Notes under the pieces: model-generated
Told to the model about the DNA's origin: nothing
Databases searched by the model: none
What the model saw: only the letters and a program-made list of their open reading frames with translations
Source: Cyanophyceae cyanobacterium
GTDB taxonomy: Bacteria; Cyanobacteriota; Cyanobacteriia; Cyanobacteriales; Laspinemataceae
Direction: 5' to 3'
Length of the DNA: 64,000 nt
Assembly: GCA_038321985.1 (NCBI GenBank)
Contig: JBBQFN010000006.1
Location: 128,001-192,000 of the forward strand
Made by a program: the position numbers and the translations under genes
Shown here: in pieces, positions 33,588 to 42,723 of the stretch
Position numbering within the stretch: the stretch's first letter is position 1
Layout of the letters: every line of letters starts with the position of its first letter

Positions 33588-34574
33588 ATGAAGCGCCTGC
33601 GATCGCAGCTAAAGCCTTATTTACGATGGGTCATTCTCGGGGCTACCCTATTTTTTCTGATCAAAACACTCAAGGATAATGCGGGTGCGGTTGCTGATAT
33701 CCAGATTACAGGGTCCAGTTGGACTGTGGTGGCGATCGCCCTAGGGGTGACTTTTGTGGCTCATTTGTGGTCCGCTTGGGTGTGGCTGTGGATCTTCCAG
33801 GAGTTTGATCGCTTAGTTCCCTTGGGTTGGGGTTTGTCAGTCTATCTCACCACCAACATTGCGAAATATTTACCCGGAAATGTCTGGCATTTCTACGGTC
33901 GAATTTCCGCTGTAACCAAGATAGGCGTACCTCTTTCTATTGCTACATTAACGGTGCTGTTGGAACCCCTGTTGATGGCAGCTTCAGCCTTAATTATCGC
34001 GGGATTGGGCAGTGGCACTCTTTGGGAGACTGCCCCTGGCGGTGTTACCCCAATTTTGCAGGGGTTGGGATTAGCAGTGGTCCTCGTGGGCGTCCATCCC
34101 CGGATTTTAAACCCCGTGATTCAAGTTATCAGTAAAATAAAGCTCAAAAAATCTCCCCCGAAAACTCAGGGGGGTTTGGATTCAGAGTTACCCCCGGAAT
34201 CTCCCCCACCCAAAGCGGCGCAGCTTACACGTTACCCCCTGTTACCCTTGTTAGGAGAATTGGGATTTTTACTCTTGCGCGGCGCGGGATTTATCTTAAC
34301 AGTGCAAGCAATGACGACGGTACAGCCGGACCAATTACCCGCCCTGATGGGGGCCTTTAGTTTTGCCTGGTTGTTGGGGTTGGTGGTTCCTGGAGCACCT
34401 GGGGGCATTGGGATTTTTGAAGCGACGGCGATCGCCCTTTTGGATCAGCAATTTTCGGCAGCAGCAATTTTAGGTGCCGTTGCCTTCTATCGCCTAATTA
34501 GCGTGGTTGCAGAAGCGTCGGCAGCTGCGATCGCTGCCTTGATTGGTAAGGGCCAGTCTATACGCCATGGGTAA
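33588..34574 (+). CDS. Lysylphosphatidylglycerol synthase TM-domain (UPF0104) membrane protein
   Basis: NIAKYLPGNVW and PGAPGGIGIFE motifs; polytopic membrane protein. Confidence 0.85.
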   Translation: MKRLRSQLKPYLRWVILGATLFFLIKTLKDNAGAVADIQITGSSWTVVAIALGVTFVAHLWSAWVWLWIFQEFDRLVPLGWGLSVYLTTNIAKYLPGNVWHFYGRISAVTKIGVPLSIATLTVLLEPLLMAASALIIAGLGSGTLWETAPGGVTPILQGLGLAVVLVGVHPRILNPVIQVISKIKLKKSPPKTQGGLDSELPPESPPPKAAQLTRYPLLPLLGELGFLLLRGAGFILTVQAMTTVQPDQLPALMGAFSFAWLLGLVVPGAPGGIGIFEATAIALLDQQFSAAAILGAVAFYRLISVVAEASAAAIAALIGKGQSIRHG

Positions 34575-34677
34575 CCCCAAGTTTCGAGTCATTCTTTCCC
34601 CAATCGGAATAAAATAAGAGAAAGTGCGGGTCCCTAGGGTACTCCCAACCCCCTCGTTCACCTAACCGGAGGTTTTA

Positions 34678-34890
34678 ATGTCTGAATATCGTAAAGTAGA
34701 ATATCGAATTGGCAAGGACGGTAAAATTATTGAAACAGTCCTCAATGGCAACGGACAAAACTGTACCGAAACCACCGCCGAAATTGAGAAAGCCCTGGGA
34801 AAGGTAGAATCTCAAGAAATGTTGCCGGAGTATTACGAAGATGATGAAAATGTGGTCACGGAATCCAATTCTTCAATTCAGCCCTTTTAG
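34678..34890 (+). CDS. DUF2997 domain protein
   Basis: VEYRIGKDGKIIETV..GQNCTETTAEIEKALG..PEYY; GGAGG RBS. Confidence 0.85.
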   Translation: MSEYRKVEYRIGKDGKIIETVLNGNGQNCTETTAEIEKALGKVESQEMLPEYYEDDENVVTESNSSIQPF

Positions 34891-35005
34891 GGGAAATTCA
34901 GATTAGGAATCAACCTTATTAAGAAAATTTATTTGGGTAAAGAGTTGGGCTATTTTAACCTTAATTTTATAGTGTTTAGGGTCTGGGGAGAGAGAAAATT
35001 AAGCC

Positions 35006-35677
35006 GTGAAACATGATTCAATTCTAGGCGATCGCCTCAAGGAAGTCGGAATTTTTCACTGGAAAGGGTTAGCACAAAAAACGGGTTTATCCACCCTACG
35101 CCTGCGCCAGATTCGATCTGGTGCGATCGCTGAAATTAAATGGGGGGAACTGAGTAAACTTGCGCAGGCGTTGAATTGGTCTATGGTGGAATTACAGCAA
35201 AAATTAGAATTGTTACCCCACTCCCCCGAAAATGCTCCCCCCCTAGCCCACACTTCTAACGGATTAGAAGTAGAATTACGGCAACAATGTCAGCGATTGC
35301 GGGGGGAATTGGATCAGCAAAAATTGCTACTTTCTGAAGCATTTCGGCAATCCACTTTTGAGCAATTGCAAACCTTACTCACGAACTATCCGACTGCGGC
35401 AGAAATGGCTCATTACAAACCCGATTTACCGGCCAAAAATATTACGGCTTTGTTTACGCCTCTGAATAATTTACTAGAAAATTGGGGTTATGAACCGATT
35501 GGAAGCCCTTGGCAAGCTGTTCTCTACAACCCGCAATTCCATCAGGCTGACTCCGATGATATTCAACCGGGAGACGCAGTTTATATTAGATTTGTCGGAT
35601 ATCGCGAAGACAGTCTCATTCTTTGTCCTGCCAAAGTTAGCCGGACCCTTCCTCAGGGCATTAAACCCTCCTTTTAA
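35006..35677 (+). CDS. XRE-type HTH fused to a GrpE-like nucleotide exchange factor domain
   Basis: N-terminal LAQKTGLSTLRLRQIRSG HTH, coiled coil, and C-terminal WGYEPIG..YNPQFHQ..IRFVGY..LCPAKV GrpE beta-domain pattern. Confidence 0.75.
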   Translation: MKHDSILGDRLKEVGIFHWKGLAQKTGLSTLRLRQIRSGAIAEIKWGELSKLAQALNWSMVELQQKLELLPHSPENAPPLAHTSNGLEVELRQQCQRLRGELDQQKLLLSEAFRQSTFEQLQTLLTNYPTAAEMAHYKPDLPAKNITALFTPLNNLLENWGYEPIGSPWQAVLYNPQFHQADSDDIQPGDAVYIRFVGYREDSLILCPAKVSRTLPQGIKPSF

Positions 35678-35733
35678 TCGTATCAAATCCCCAATTTCCC
35701 TTTTCCGAGGCTGTATCCCTGCCCTCTAAAATT

Positions 35734-37311
35734 ATGACTGTAGTCTCAATTGATTTTGGCACCAGTAACACGGTCATCAGTATTCTCAACCCAGACAATC
35801 ACTCCCCGGAAACTCTGCGATTTGGGGAAGTTTCTAAAATTTTTAAAGCCAAAAGAAATAACGGAGAAAATATAGAAGTTCCGGTTATCCCCACGGTAGT
35901 TTTTATTAAAAAAGAGAACCAAATAGTTTTAGGACAGCAGGTGATTGCCACCCGATTAGGACTCTCGCAACCTGAACGGTTGTTTCAGGGGTTTAAACGG
36001 GAATTAGCCGCCGACTTTCAACCGCCCCCTCGATTAATAGATGGATGTAGCTACTCAGCTTCGACGATTTCAGAATTCTTTTTAAAAGAAATTTGCGAAC
36101 GTCTTGTTAGGGGAGGAATTCAACCGAATAAACTGATATTTACGGTACCCGTGGGGGCATTTGAGCGATATTTAGATTGGTTTCGACAACTAGGCGATCG
36201 CCTGGGAATTCCTGATATCAATATTATCGATGAGTCTACCGCTGCCGCACTGGGTTATGCTGTAAAAAAACCCGGTTCCCTGGTATTAGTGGTGGATTTT
36301 GGCGGAGGAACCCTGGATTTAAGCCTAATTCGTACCAAGGCGGCACAGCAGGGAAAGTTAGTGTTAGAGGCGGAGGTATTAGCCAAAACTGATGCCTATA
36401 TTGGTGGCATTGATATTGATACTTGGATTGTGGAAGATTATTTACAACGTCAAGGACTATCCAAACCCCAAATCGGCGCAATTGCTTGGCAAAATTTATT
36501 AGAAATTGCGGAAAAATTGAAAATGTGCCTCTCTCGGGCAAACGAGGCAAAAGAGGCGTGGTTTGATGATGAAAACTTTATTTCTTATGAAGTAGAATTA
36601 AGCCGAGAACGGTTTGAAGCGTTGTTAGACTATCGTCAAATGTTAGAACAGTTGCGCAGCACATTGGATGAAATCTTGGCAATTGCCTTTTCTAAAGGAG
36701 TTAATAAATCAGATATTGAACAGGTTCTTTTAGTGGGAGGGAGTTGTTTAATTCCAGCGGTTCAGACGGTGATTGTCTCTTATTTTGGGCGATCGCGGGT
36801 GAAAATGGATAAACCCTTTGAAGCAGTCGCTCATGGTGCGTTAGCCTTAAGTGATTATATAATGGTGGAGGATTATCTGCGCCATGGTTATGCGATTCGT
36901 CTGTGGGACCCCCATGGCAAAACCTACTCTTATTTCCCCTTATTTGAAAAAGGGGTAAAATATCCCTGCCAACGATTAGAACCGTTGATGTTGCAAGCGG
37001 CGATCGAAGGACAACAAGAAATTCGCTTAGATATTGGTGAAGTCGCAGAAACTTCTCAAGCCGAGGTTATGTTTGATGAATCGGGACGAATGGTGGGCGG
37101 TGCATTACATAAACGAGAAGAATATCGATCCCTAGATATTGATCGCGATCGCGTCTGCGTGGCGCATCTAAATCCCCCCGGACAAATTGGTATTGATCGC
37201 ATTTCCGTGCGTTTTGAAGTCAACCAAGGGCGGGTTTTACTCGCCACAGTCCGAGATTTAGTAACGGGAGAAACCCTAGTAGACGGCGAAGCGATCGCTA
37301 ATTTAAAATAA
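35734..37311 (+). CDS. Atypical Hsp70-family protein (not canonical DnaK)
   Basis: SIDFGTSNT, FTVPVG, DESTAAALGY, VDFGGGTLD, LLVGGSC; 525 aa with a divergent substrate-binding domain and no helical lid. Confidence 0.88.
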   Translation: MTVVSIDFGTSNTVISILNPDNHSPETLRFGEVSKIFKAKRNNGENIEVPVIPTVVFIKKENQIVLGQQVIATRLGLSQPERLFQGFKRELAADFQPPPRLIDGCSYSASTISEFFLKEICERLVRGGIQPNKLIFTVPVGAFERYLDWFRQLGDRLGIPDINIIDESTAAALGYAVKKPGSLVLVVDFGGGTLDLSLIRTKAAQQGKLVLEAEVLAKTDAYIGGIDIDTWIVEDYLQRQGLSKPQIGAIAWQNLLEIAEKLKMCLSRANEAKEAWFDDENFISYEVELSRERFEALLDYRQMLEQLRSTLDEILAIAFSKGVNKSDIEQVLLVGGSCLIPAVQTVIVSYFGRSRVKMDKPFEAVAHGALALSDYIMVEDYLRHGYAIRLWDPHGKTYSYFPLFEKGVKYPCQRLEPLMLQAAIEGQQEIRLDIGEVAETSQAEVMFDESGRMVGGALHKREEYRSLDIDRDRVCVAHLNPPGQIGIDRISVRFEVNQGRVLLATVRDLVTGETLVDGEAIANLK

Positions 37312-37381
37312 GCGATCGCACCCCTCTACTGTTCCCCCTCTTCCTTGTCCCAACTTGCTGTCATTCTCCCCATCCCTTCCT

Positions 37382-37789
37382 CTATACCCACTGACCAATA
37401 ATAATCCGAATTGTCCCATCTGCTAAAACTTCCTCCTCCTCCACCGTAAACCCTTGTTGAGGGGCAGTCTCTACCAGAGTATGATAAGCGTAACGCTGAG
37501 TTAATTGCTTAATCCAGTCCTCAGAATACTGACGAGAATCATAATTAGAAATAACCCCAGTATAGCTGCCATCAGCTTGTCGTTTAAATCCGATATCATT
37601 ACTTCGAGGGCTGATATATTTGCGTCGGATAATGATCTCAGCAGTTTCCGGTCGAACATCGCCCTCAAATCCGTAAAGTTCAGTCGCAAAATCATGAATT
37701 TCTACCCTATCAAACCCCATGTCTGCTAATGCTTTGACTAAGTAATCTATCTGGCGAATTTCCGTCTGAATACTCGTGAAATGGGACAT
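37382..37789 (-). CDS. DUF1257 (Ycf35-like) protein, long-loop variant
   Basis: MSHFTSIQT, NDIGF, QRYAY, C-terminal GFTVEEEEVLADGTIRIIIGQW; GAGGAGG RBS. Confidence 0.85.
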   Translation of the reverse strand: MSHFTSIQTEIRQIDYLVKALADMGFDRVEIHDFATELYGFEGDVRPETAEIIIRRKYISPRSNDIGFKRQADGSYTGVISNYDSRQYSEDWIKQLTQRYAYHTLVETAPQQGFTVEEEEVLADGTIRIIIGQWV

Positions 37790-37941
37790 TTTTATTTACC
37801 TCCTCATTCGCGCTGCTATTGGGGTTTTCAAACTGACCAGAGTAGGATTTTTAGAATGAGTTTTATCCAATTTTACGGGGGAACTCCGTCCTAACCCTCC
37901 CCCAGAATCAGGAGAGGGCCCGGAACGCCGTTATCGTCCCT

Positions 37942-38316
37942 CTACATCCATTTTCCTACAACCACCCGCAAGGTTCCATCCTCTAATCTTTCCTCTTGTT
38001 CTACTTGAAACCCCTGTTCTTCTACCGATACCATCAAAGTTTTATACGCATATTTTTGAGTAATACTCTGAATAAACTCTTCCGGATTAATTCGCGCCCC
38101 CCAAAAATCAGCCACTAACTCAAAAGTGTCTCCAGTGCGCCGAAACCCTAAATCATACCCGTTGTTTTGTCGAATCACGTAATCCGCACAAGTAGTTTGC
38201 TTTTGATAACCTCGAATTGCTGTATTTTCTTCAACCTGATACCCTAACTCTCGCAAGCAACGATAGAGGGTTTGGCCGTTTTTAATTTGAACTTGAATCG
38301 TGGTAAAATGAGACAT
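37942..38316 (-). CDS. ycf35: DUF1257 (Ycf35) protein
   Basis: MSHFTTIQV, QNNGYDLGF, ELVADFWG, TQKYAY, DGTLRVVVGKW. Confidence 0.85.
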   Translation of the reverse strand: MSHFTTIQVQIKNGQTLYRCLRELGYQVEENTAIRGYQKQTTCADYVIRQNNGYDLGFRRTGDTFELVADFWGARINPEEFIQSITQKYAYKTLMVSVEEQGFQVEQEERLEDGTLRVVVGKWM

Positions 38317-38361
38317 GATCGTTACTCCTGGATTACAAGACTATTTTGAACAGTTATTGCG

Positions 38362-39999
38362 TTAATCTACATCGAAAGAACCCATCCCTTTTTGAATAGA
38401 CCACTGTTTTAATTCCTCAGTTAATTCAGTATCGTTAGAAGCAGTTCTCGCCCCGGCTTCGGCTGCCCAATTTTTTAATTCTTCGATTTGATAACGGGCG
38501 ATCGCCGCTAAAGGAACCGTTTCTTCACTGGCCCGTAAGATATCTTCTGTGGTAAAATCTCGGCGTTTTTCTGTAGGATTTCCTCCAAAAGCACGGTGCA
38601 TTCCATCAATAATCACTTGTTCGATTTCTGCCCCACTAAAATTGCTAGTTTGTCGAGCCAGTAATTCCAAATCAAAGTCTCGCAACCGACTGGGGCGCAG
38701 TCGTCTTAAGTGAACTTTGAAAATTTCTCGGCGTTCGTATTCTGTGGGCAAATTTAAAAAGAAAATTTCATCAAACCGTCCTTTTCTTAACAATTCGGCG
38801 GGTAAAATTCCGACATTATTCGCAGTAGCAACGATAAAGACAGGAGAGGTTTTTTCCTGCATCCAGGTAATTAATGTCCCAAAAACCCGGCGACTGGTCC
38901 CAGAATCTCCATCGGTTCCTCCTGAAATATTCCCAAAGGCTTTATCAATTTCATCAATCCATAATACACAAGGGGCCATTGCTTCTGCGAGTTGAATCAT
39001 CTGGCGGATGCGATTCTCACTTTCTCCGACAATTCCTCCAAATAATCTCCCGGTATCTAAACGCAATAAAGGCAAGCGCCACTCATGGGCAATAGTTTTG
39101 GCTGAAAGAGATTTTCCAGTGCCTTGAATGCCGACCAGTAAGACGCCTTTGGGGTTAGGAATTCCGTAACGTCTTGCTTCTTCGCTAAAGACATCATTTC
39201 GCATTCGCACCCAGGTTTTAAGGTTATCCAATCCCCCTACATTTTTGAGGGATTCTCGGGCGGGTAAAAATTCTAATATACCTGTTTGGCGAATAGCTTG
39301 TTTCTTTTCGTCAAGGACGCTTTCAATATCGGTTTCGTTGACTTGTTGTTTATCTGCTAAAGCTCTGGCTAAAACCCGCTGAATGCGGGTACGACTTAAT
39401 CCCTGGCAGGCTTTTACTAATTGTTCTCGGGCTAATCCTTTGACTTTGAGTTGTTCGGGGGTAACTAATTTAGTAATTAAACGATCAATATGGGCGGCAT
39501 CGGGAAGGGGAAAATCGATCGCCGTAATTTCCTCACTTAATTCGGGGGGAATGGCGAGGGTATAGGCGGTTAAAATCAAGGTTTTTCGCGATCGCTGTAA
39601 CTCTCGGGTGAGATTTCGCAACTCTCGAATTACGGGGATATTTTTATCCGAAGTGGAATTTTTGAAGACAGGGTGCAGGTCCCGTAATACAAAAATCCAA
39701 TCTTGCGGGGGGGCTTTGGCGATGCGATCCAGGGCGGCCATTACTGATCCTTTTGCTGATCCATTATCTCCCCAACCCCGCACAATATCCCAAAACAAAA
39801 GTTTCCGGTTGGGTGTTGACAGTTGTGCCACTTTGTGCAATACTTCTTCAACGGGTTCTTCTTCGACGCCAACCAAGTAAAGAATCGGATAACGCGCCCG
39901 AATCATTAAATCTAATTGGGCAATTAAGGCCGCATGGGGCTGAGTTTGACCGCCCAGGACGGCATCGTAAGCGTGGGGGGAGTCAGGATGATTCAGCAT
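38362..39999 (-). CDS. ycf46: Ycf46-family AAA+ ATPase
   Basis: IRARYPILYLV..EEE N-domain, Walker A GIQGTGKS, Walker B LWIDEIDK, PAELLRKGRFDEIFF. Confidence 0.88.
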   Translation of the reverse strand: MLNHPDSPHAYDAVLGGQTQPHAALIAQLDLMIRARYPILYLVGVEEEPVEEVLHKVAQLSTPNRKLLFWDIVRGWGDNGSAKGSVMAALDRIAKAPPQDWIFVLRDLHPVFKNSTSDKNIPVIRELRNLTRELQRSRKTLILTAYTLAIPPELSEEITAIDFPLPDAAHIDRLITKLVTPEQLKVKGLAREQLVKACQGLSRTRIQRVLARALADKQQVNETDIESVLDEKKQAIRQTGILEFLPARESLKNVGGLDNLKTWVRMRNDVFSEEARRYGIPNPKGVLLVGIQGTGKSLSAKTIAHEWRLPLLRLDTGRLFGGIVGESENRIRQMIQLAEAMAPCVLWIDEIDKAFGNISGGTDGDSGTSRRVFGTLITWMQEKTSPVFIVATANNVGILPAELLRKGRFDEIFFLNLPTEYERREIFKVHLRRLRPSRLRDFDLELLARQTSNFSGAEIEQVIIDGMHRAFGGNPTEKRRDFTTEDILRASEETVPLAAIARYQIEELKNWAAEAGARTASNDTELTEELKQWSIQKGMGSFDVD

Positions 40000-40143
40000 T
40001 ATAATCCAAGGGAGGCCCTTACCTGTTCGTGATAACCTATTCTCATTTTACAGCGTCCGGTTTGGGTTTGGCCGATGAAATCGAGACCGCAACGGGGCAA
40101 CTCCCGGGGGCAGTTACAGCAGGAGTTAGACGCGATCGCCGTC

Positions 40144-41880
40144 TCATAAACTATCGGTGATGACAGGGGGTGGTGTGAGAGGTAACTCTACGGTAAAGCA
40201 GGTTTGGCCGAATTCGCTTGTGACTTGGATTCGACCCCCAATATATTCAGTTTGTTTGCGAGCGAGGGCCAATCCTAATCCGGTTCCACCATGTTTCCAA
40301 GGGTCGGAACTGGGAACACGGTAGAATTTATCAAAAACATGAACTAACTCTGTTGGGGGGATTTCTAGCCCCGAATTGCTCACTTGCAGCCGCAGCAAAG
40401 AGCAGTCGCGCCGGGCTGTAACCGCAATGATCCCTTTAGCTGGGGTATATTTCCAGGCATTCTCTAACAACTCGCTGAGAATTCGCTGCAAAATCTCAGG
40501 ATCGCCGAGAATTTCAGGAAGTGTCGGCTCTAAATCTACTTGCAAAACTTGCTGTCTAGCTTTAATTTTTTGTATAAATAGTTCTACCGCACTTTCCACA
40601 CATTGTTGTAATAACATCGGAGTAAGAGAGGCGGGTTCAATCCCGGCTTCGAGTCGTTGTAACTCCAGAATGCTATCAATCAAACGAATTTCCCGATCGC
40701 ACTCTTCCCGCAAAATCTTAATATACGTCTCAGCGTGATCCAGAGCATGAGAAGGCTTGCTGCCTTTACTCTGTGATGAAGTCGTCAAGGGGGAGGATTC
40801 GTTTTGGCGTTTTTGTTCGACCATTTCTAAAATTTGCACCACCATTTTGATATTAGCGATCGGGGTGCGTAATTCATGGCTGACGGTACTCAGAAAATCA
40901 TCCTTGAGGCGATTGAGGCGCTCTAGCTCTTGAACTTGTGCGAGGGAGGCTTGATACAATCGCGCTTGCCGGACGGCGATCGCGCATTGGGAAGCGACTT
41001 GTTGGACGAGTTTAATCTCGTTCCGGCTAAAGCTGTCCTGGACAGGTTTGCACAAACACAAGTTACCGATCGCCCCCCTTTCTCCGAAAATAGGACTCAC
41101 CAGAATCGTCATTCCCCCGGGAAAACCATCAAGGGCGATCGGACAAAACTGCACACACTCCTGATGGTGTAGCTGTCCGTAAATCTCCAGAATCTCCCCG
41201 ACTGCCTTCCCCAAATCGGAAAACCGCTCCTGGGCATATTCATAGCACACTGTTTCTCCCCGGGGTGCCGCTTGGTAGAGAGAAGCGTTACAGTAATCCG
41301 ACTCTAAAGCAACCCCTAACTCGCGGACTGCCGTCTGCAAAATTTGCCGTTCGTCAAGACTATCCCGTAGTTTTTCCGTAATCCGATTAAGCATCGCCTC
41401 AGTTTTTAGGGCGCGTTGTAACTGGCGGGTGCGCTCTTGGACTTGCCGATCCAATTCAGCCGCGAGCGTTTGAAAACGCTCCTCACTCTGGCGTAACGCT
41501 TCTAACGTGCGATTACGCTCGATCGCATAATGTATCGCCCGCACCAACAATGCTCCCACCAGTTGTCCTTTGAGCAAATAATCCTGTGCGCCTTTGCGAA
41601 CCGCTTCGAGGGCCTGTTCTTCATCATGGGAACCCGTCAAAACCACCAGGGGAATGGTGGGGGCTTGGGCTTTCACTTGCATCAGGGTCTCTAATCCCCA
41701 CGAATCTGGCAGAGACAAATCTAATAAAACCACATCAAACTCTGTGGCAGCCAACTGTTTTAAGGCTTCGCTGACTCGCCAGGCATGAGCGATCGTAAAC
41801 TGATAGTCCTCGAACTCGGATAATATTTCCTGTATCAATTCTGCATCTGCGAGATTATCCTCTACCAATAAAATTTTCAT
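40144..41880 (-). CDS. Hybrid sensor kinase (REC-GAF-HisKA-HATPase)
   Basis: ILLVEDN, LLDLSLPDS, FLSTVSHELRTP, ENAWKYT, GGTGLGL. Confidence 0.92.
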   Translation of the reverse strand: MKILLVEDNLADAELIQEILSEFEDYQFTIAHAWRVSEALKQLAATEFDVVLLDLSLPDSWGLETLMQVKAQAPTIPLVVLTGSHDEEQALEAVRKGAQDYLLKGQLVGALLVRAIHYAIERNRTLEALRQSEERFQTLAAELDRQVQERTRQLQRALKTEAMLNRITEKLRDSLDERQILQTAVRELGVALESDYCNASLYQAAPRGETVCYEYAQERFSDLGKAVGEILEIYGQLHHQECVQFCPIALDGFPGGMTILVSPIFGERGAIGNLCLCKPVQDSFSRNEIKLVQQVASQCAIAVRQARLYQASLAQVQELERLNRLKDDFLSTVSHELRTPIANIKMVVQILEMVEQKRQNESSPLTTSSQSKGSKPSHALDHAETYIKILREECDREIRLIDSILELQRLEAGIEPASLTPMLLQQCVESAVELFIQKIKARQQVLQVDLEPTLPEILGDPEILQRILSELLENAWKYTPAKGIIAVTARRDCSLLRLQVSNSGLEIPPTELVHVFDKFYRVPSSDPWKHGGTGLGLALARKQTEYIGGRIQVTSEFGQTCFTVELPLTPPPVITDSL

Positions 41881-41910
41881 TATTTTACTTGACCTAGAAC
41901 AAAATTAATT

Positions 41911-41946
41911 TTAAGGTAAAATCAAGGTACCTTGATTTTACCTTAA
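41911..41946. promoter_or_regulatory. 36-bp perfect palindrome upstream of the sensor kinase
   Basis: TTAAGGTAAAATCAAGGTACCTTGATTTTACCTTAA equals its own reverse complement. Function is inferred only. Confidence 0.5.
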
Positions 41947-41957
41947 TTTTTTATTAT

Positions 41958-42117
41958 TTATTTGTTCACAAAATTATCCCTGGATATGGTTTTGCGCTTT
42001 CCTTTAAAATCTTCGATGTAAATTTCTTCATTAAAAATACTTTTTCCGGTTCGCAAGGTCCGGGTTAATGTCGAGTCTTCACTAGAGAATTGGTGTCCCA
42101 TATCCGGCCACTTTCCC
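41958..42117 (-). pseudogene. Headless PAS-domain fragment
   Basis: GKWPDMGHQFSSEDSTLTRTLRTGKSIFNEEIYIEDFKGKRKTI resembles the PAS/PAC consensus G.WP..G.......L.RAL.TGE....EEI.IE.FDG.RKTI. Confidence 0.55.
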
Positions 42118-42576
42118 ATGAAACAAGTTTCCCTCATTGCCAAACAAGCCGACGAGGTGGAAAAAATTAGGGGAATCGAAGTTGAGGAGCGGATAGGCAC
42201 TCAGGATTTAAAGTCAACAACCAGTGCGGCGGCTGATGCTTTGGCGACGAGTACCTGGGCGACCATATTAGTAGTTTTGAGCAGTCTGGCAATCCCCGGC
42301 GTAGGACCGATAATTGCCGCCGGGACCCTGGGTGTAGCAATGGTAACGACGGTTGCGGGGATGGGAGTTGAAGCCTTAGCCAGTAGCAATATTGTCCAAA
42401 CCTTCACCCATTTGGGGATTCCCAAGGAGCAAGCGAGAGTTTATAGTGATAGCCTCCATGGAGGACATTATTTAGTCATTGTAGAGGGAAGCTAGGACAA
42501 AATCGATCGCGCTGCTGCAATTTTAAGTCATGGAGAAATTCAAAAGTGGGGAGTTTATAATTTACCCGAGGCTTAA
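42109..42576 (+). pseudogene. General stress protein (glycine-zipper type), 5'-truncated with internal stop
   Basis: FPMKQVSLIAK...LAIPGVGPIIAAG...LGIPKEQARVYSD..GHYLVIVEGS*DKIDRAAAILSHGEIQKWGVY. The in-frame TAG at 42493-42495 interrupts a conserved C-terminus. Confidence 0.75.
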
Positions 42577-42723
42577 AATTTAGGCTCACTCCCCGACAGC
42601 GTGAGAAAATAGTAAATAGTTCGGATGGAGAAGTAAAGAATTAGGCGGCCGCCGCCTCTTTTTTGCGGGACAGTCGCCTAATTTCGTAAGATTTAACTGG
42701 GTTTATTCCTCTCTCTCCAGAAG

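Noticed and set aside
35734..37311. Calling the Hsp70 dnaK and its neighbour grpE
   Set aside because: The Hsp70 is short, lidless and divergent, and the GrpE-like domain is fused to an HTH; these are not the housekeeping genes.
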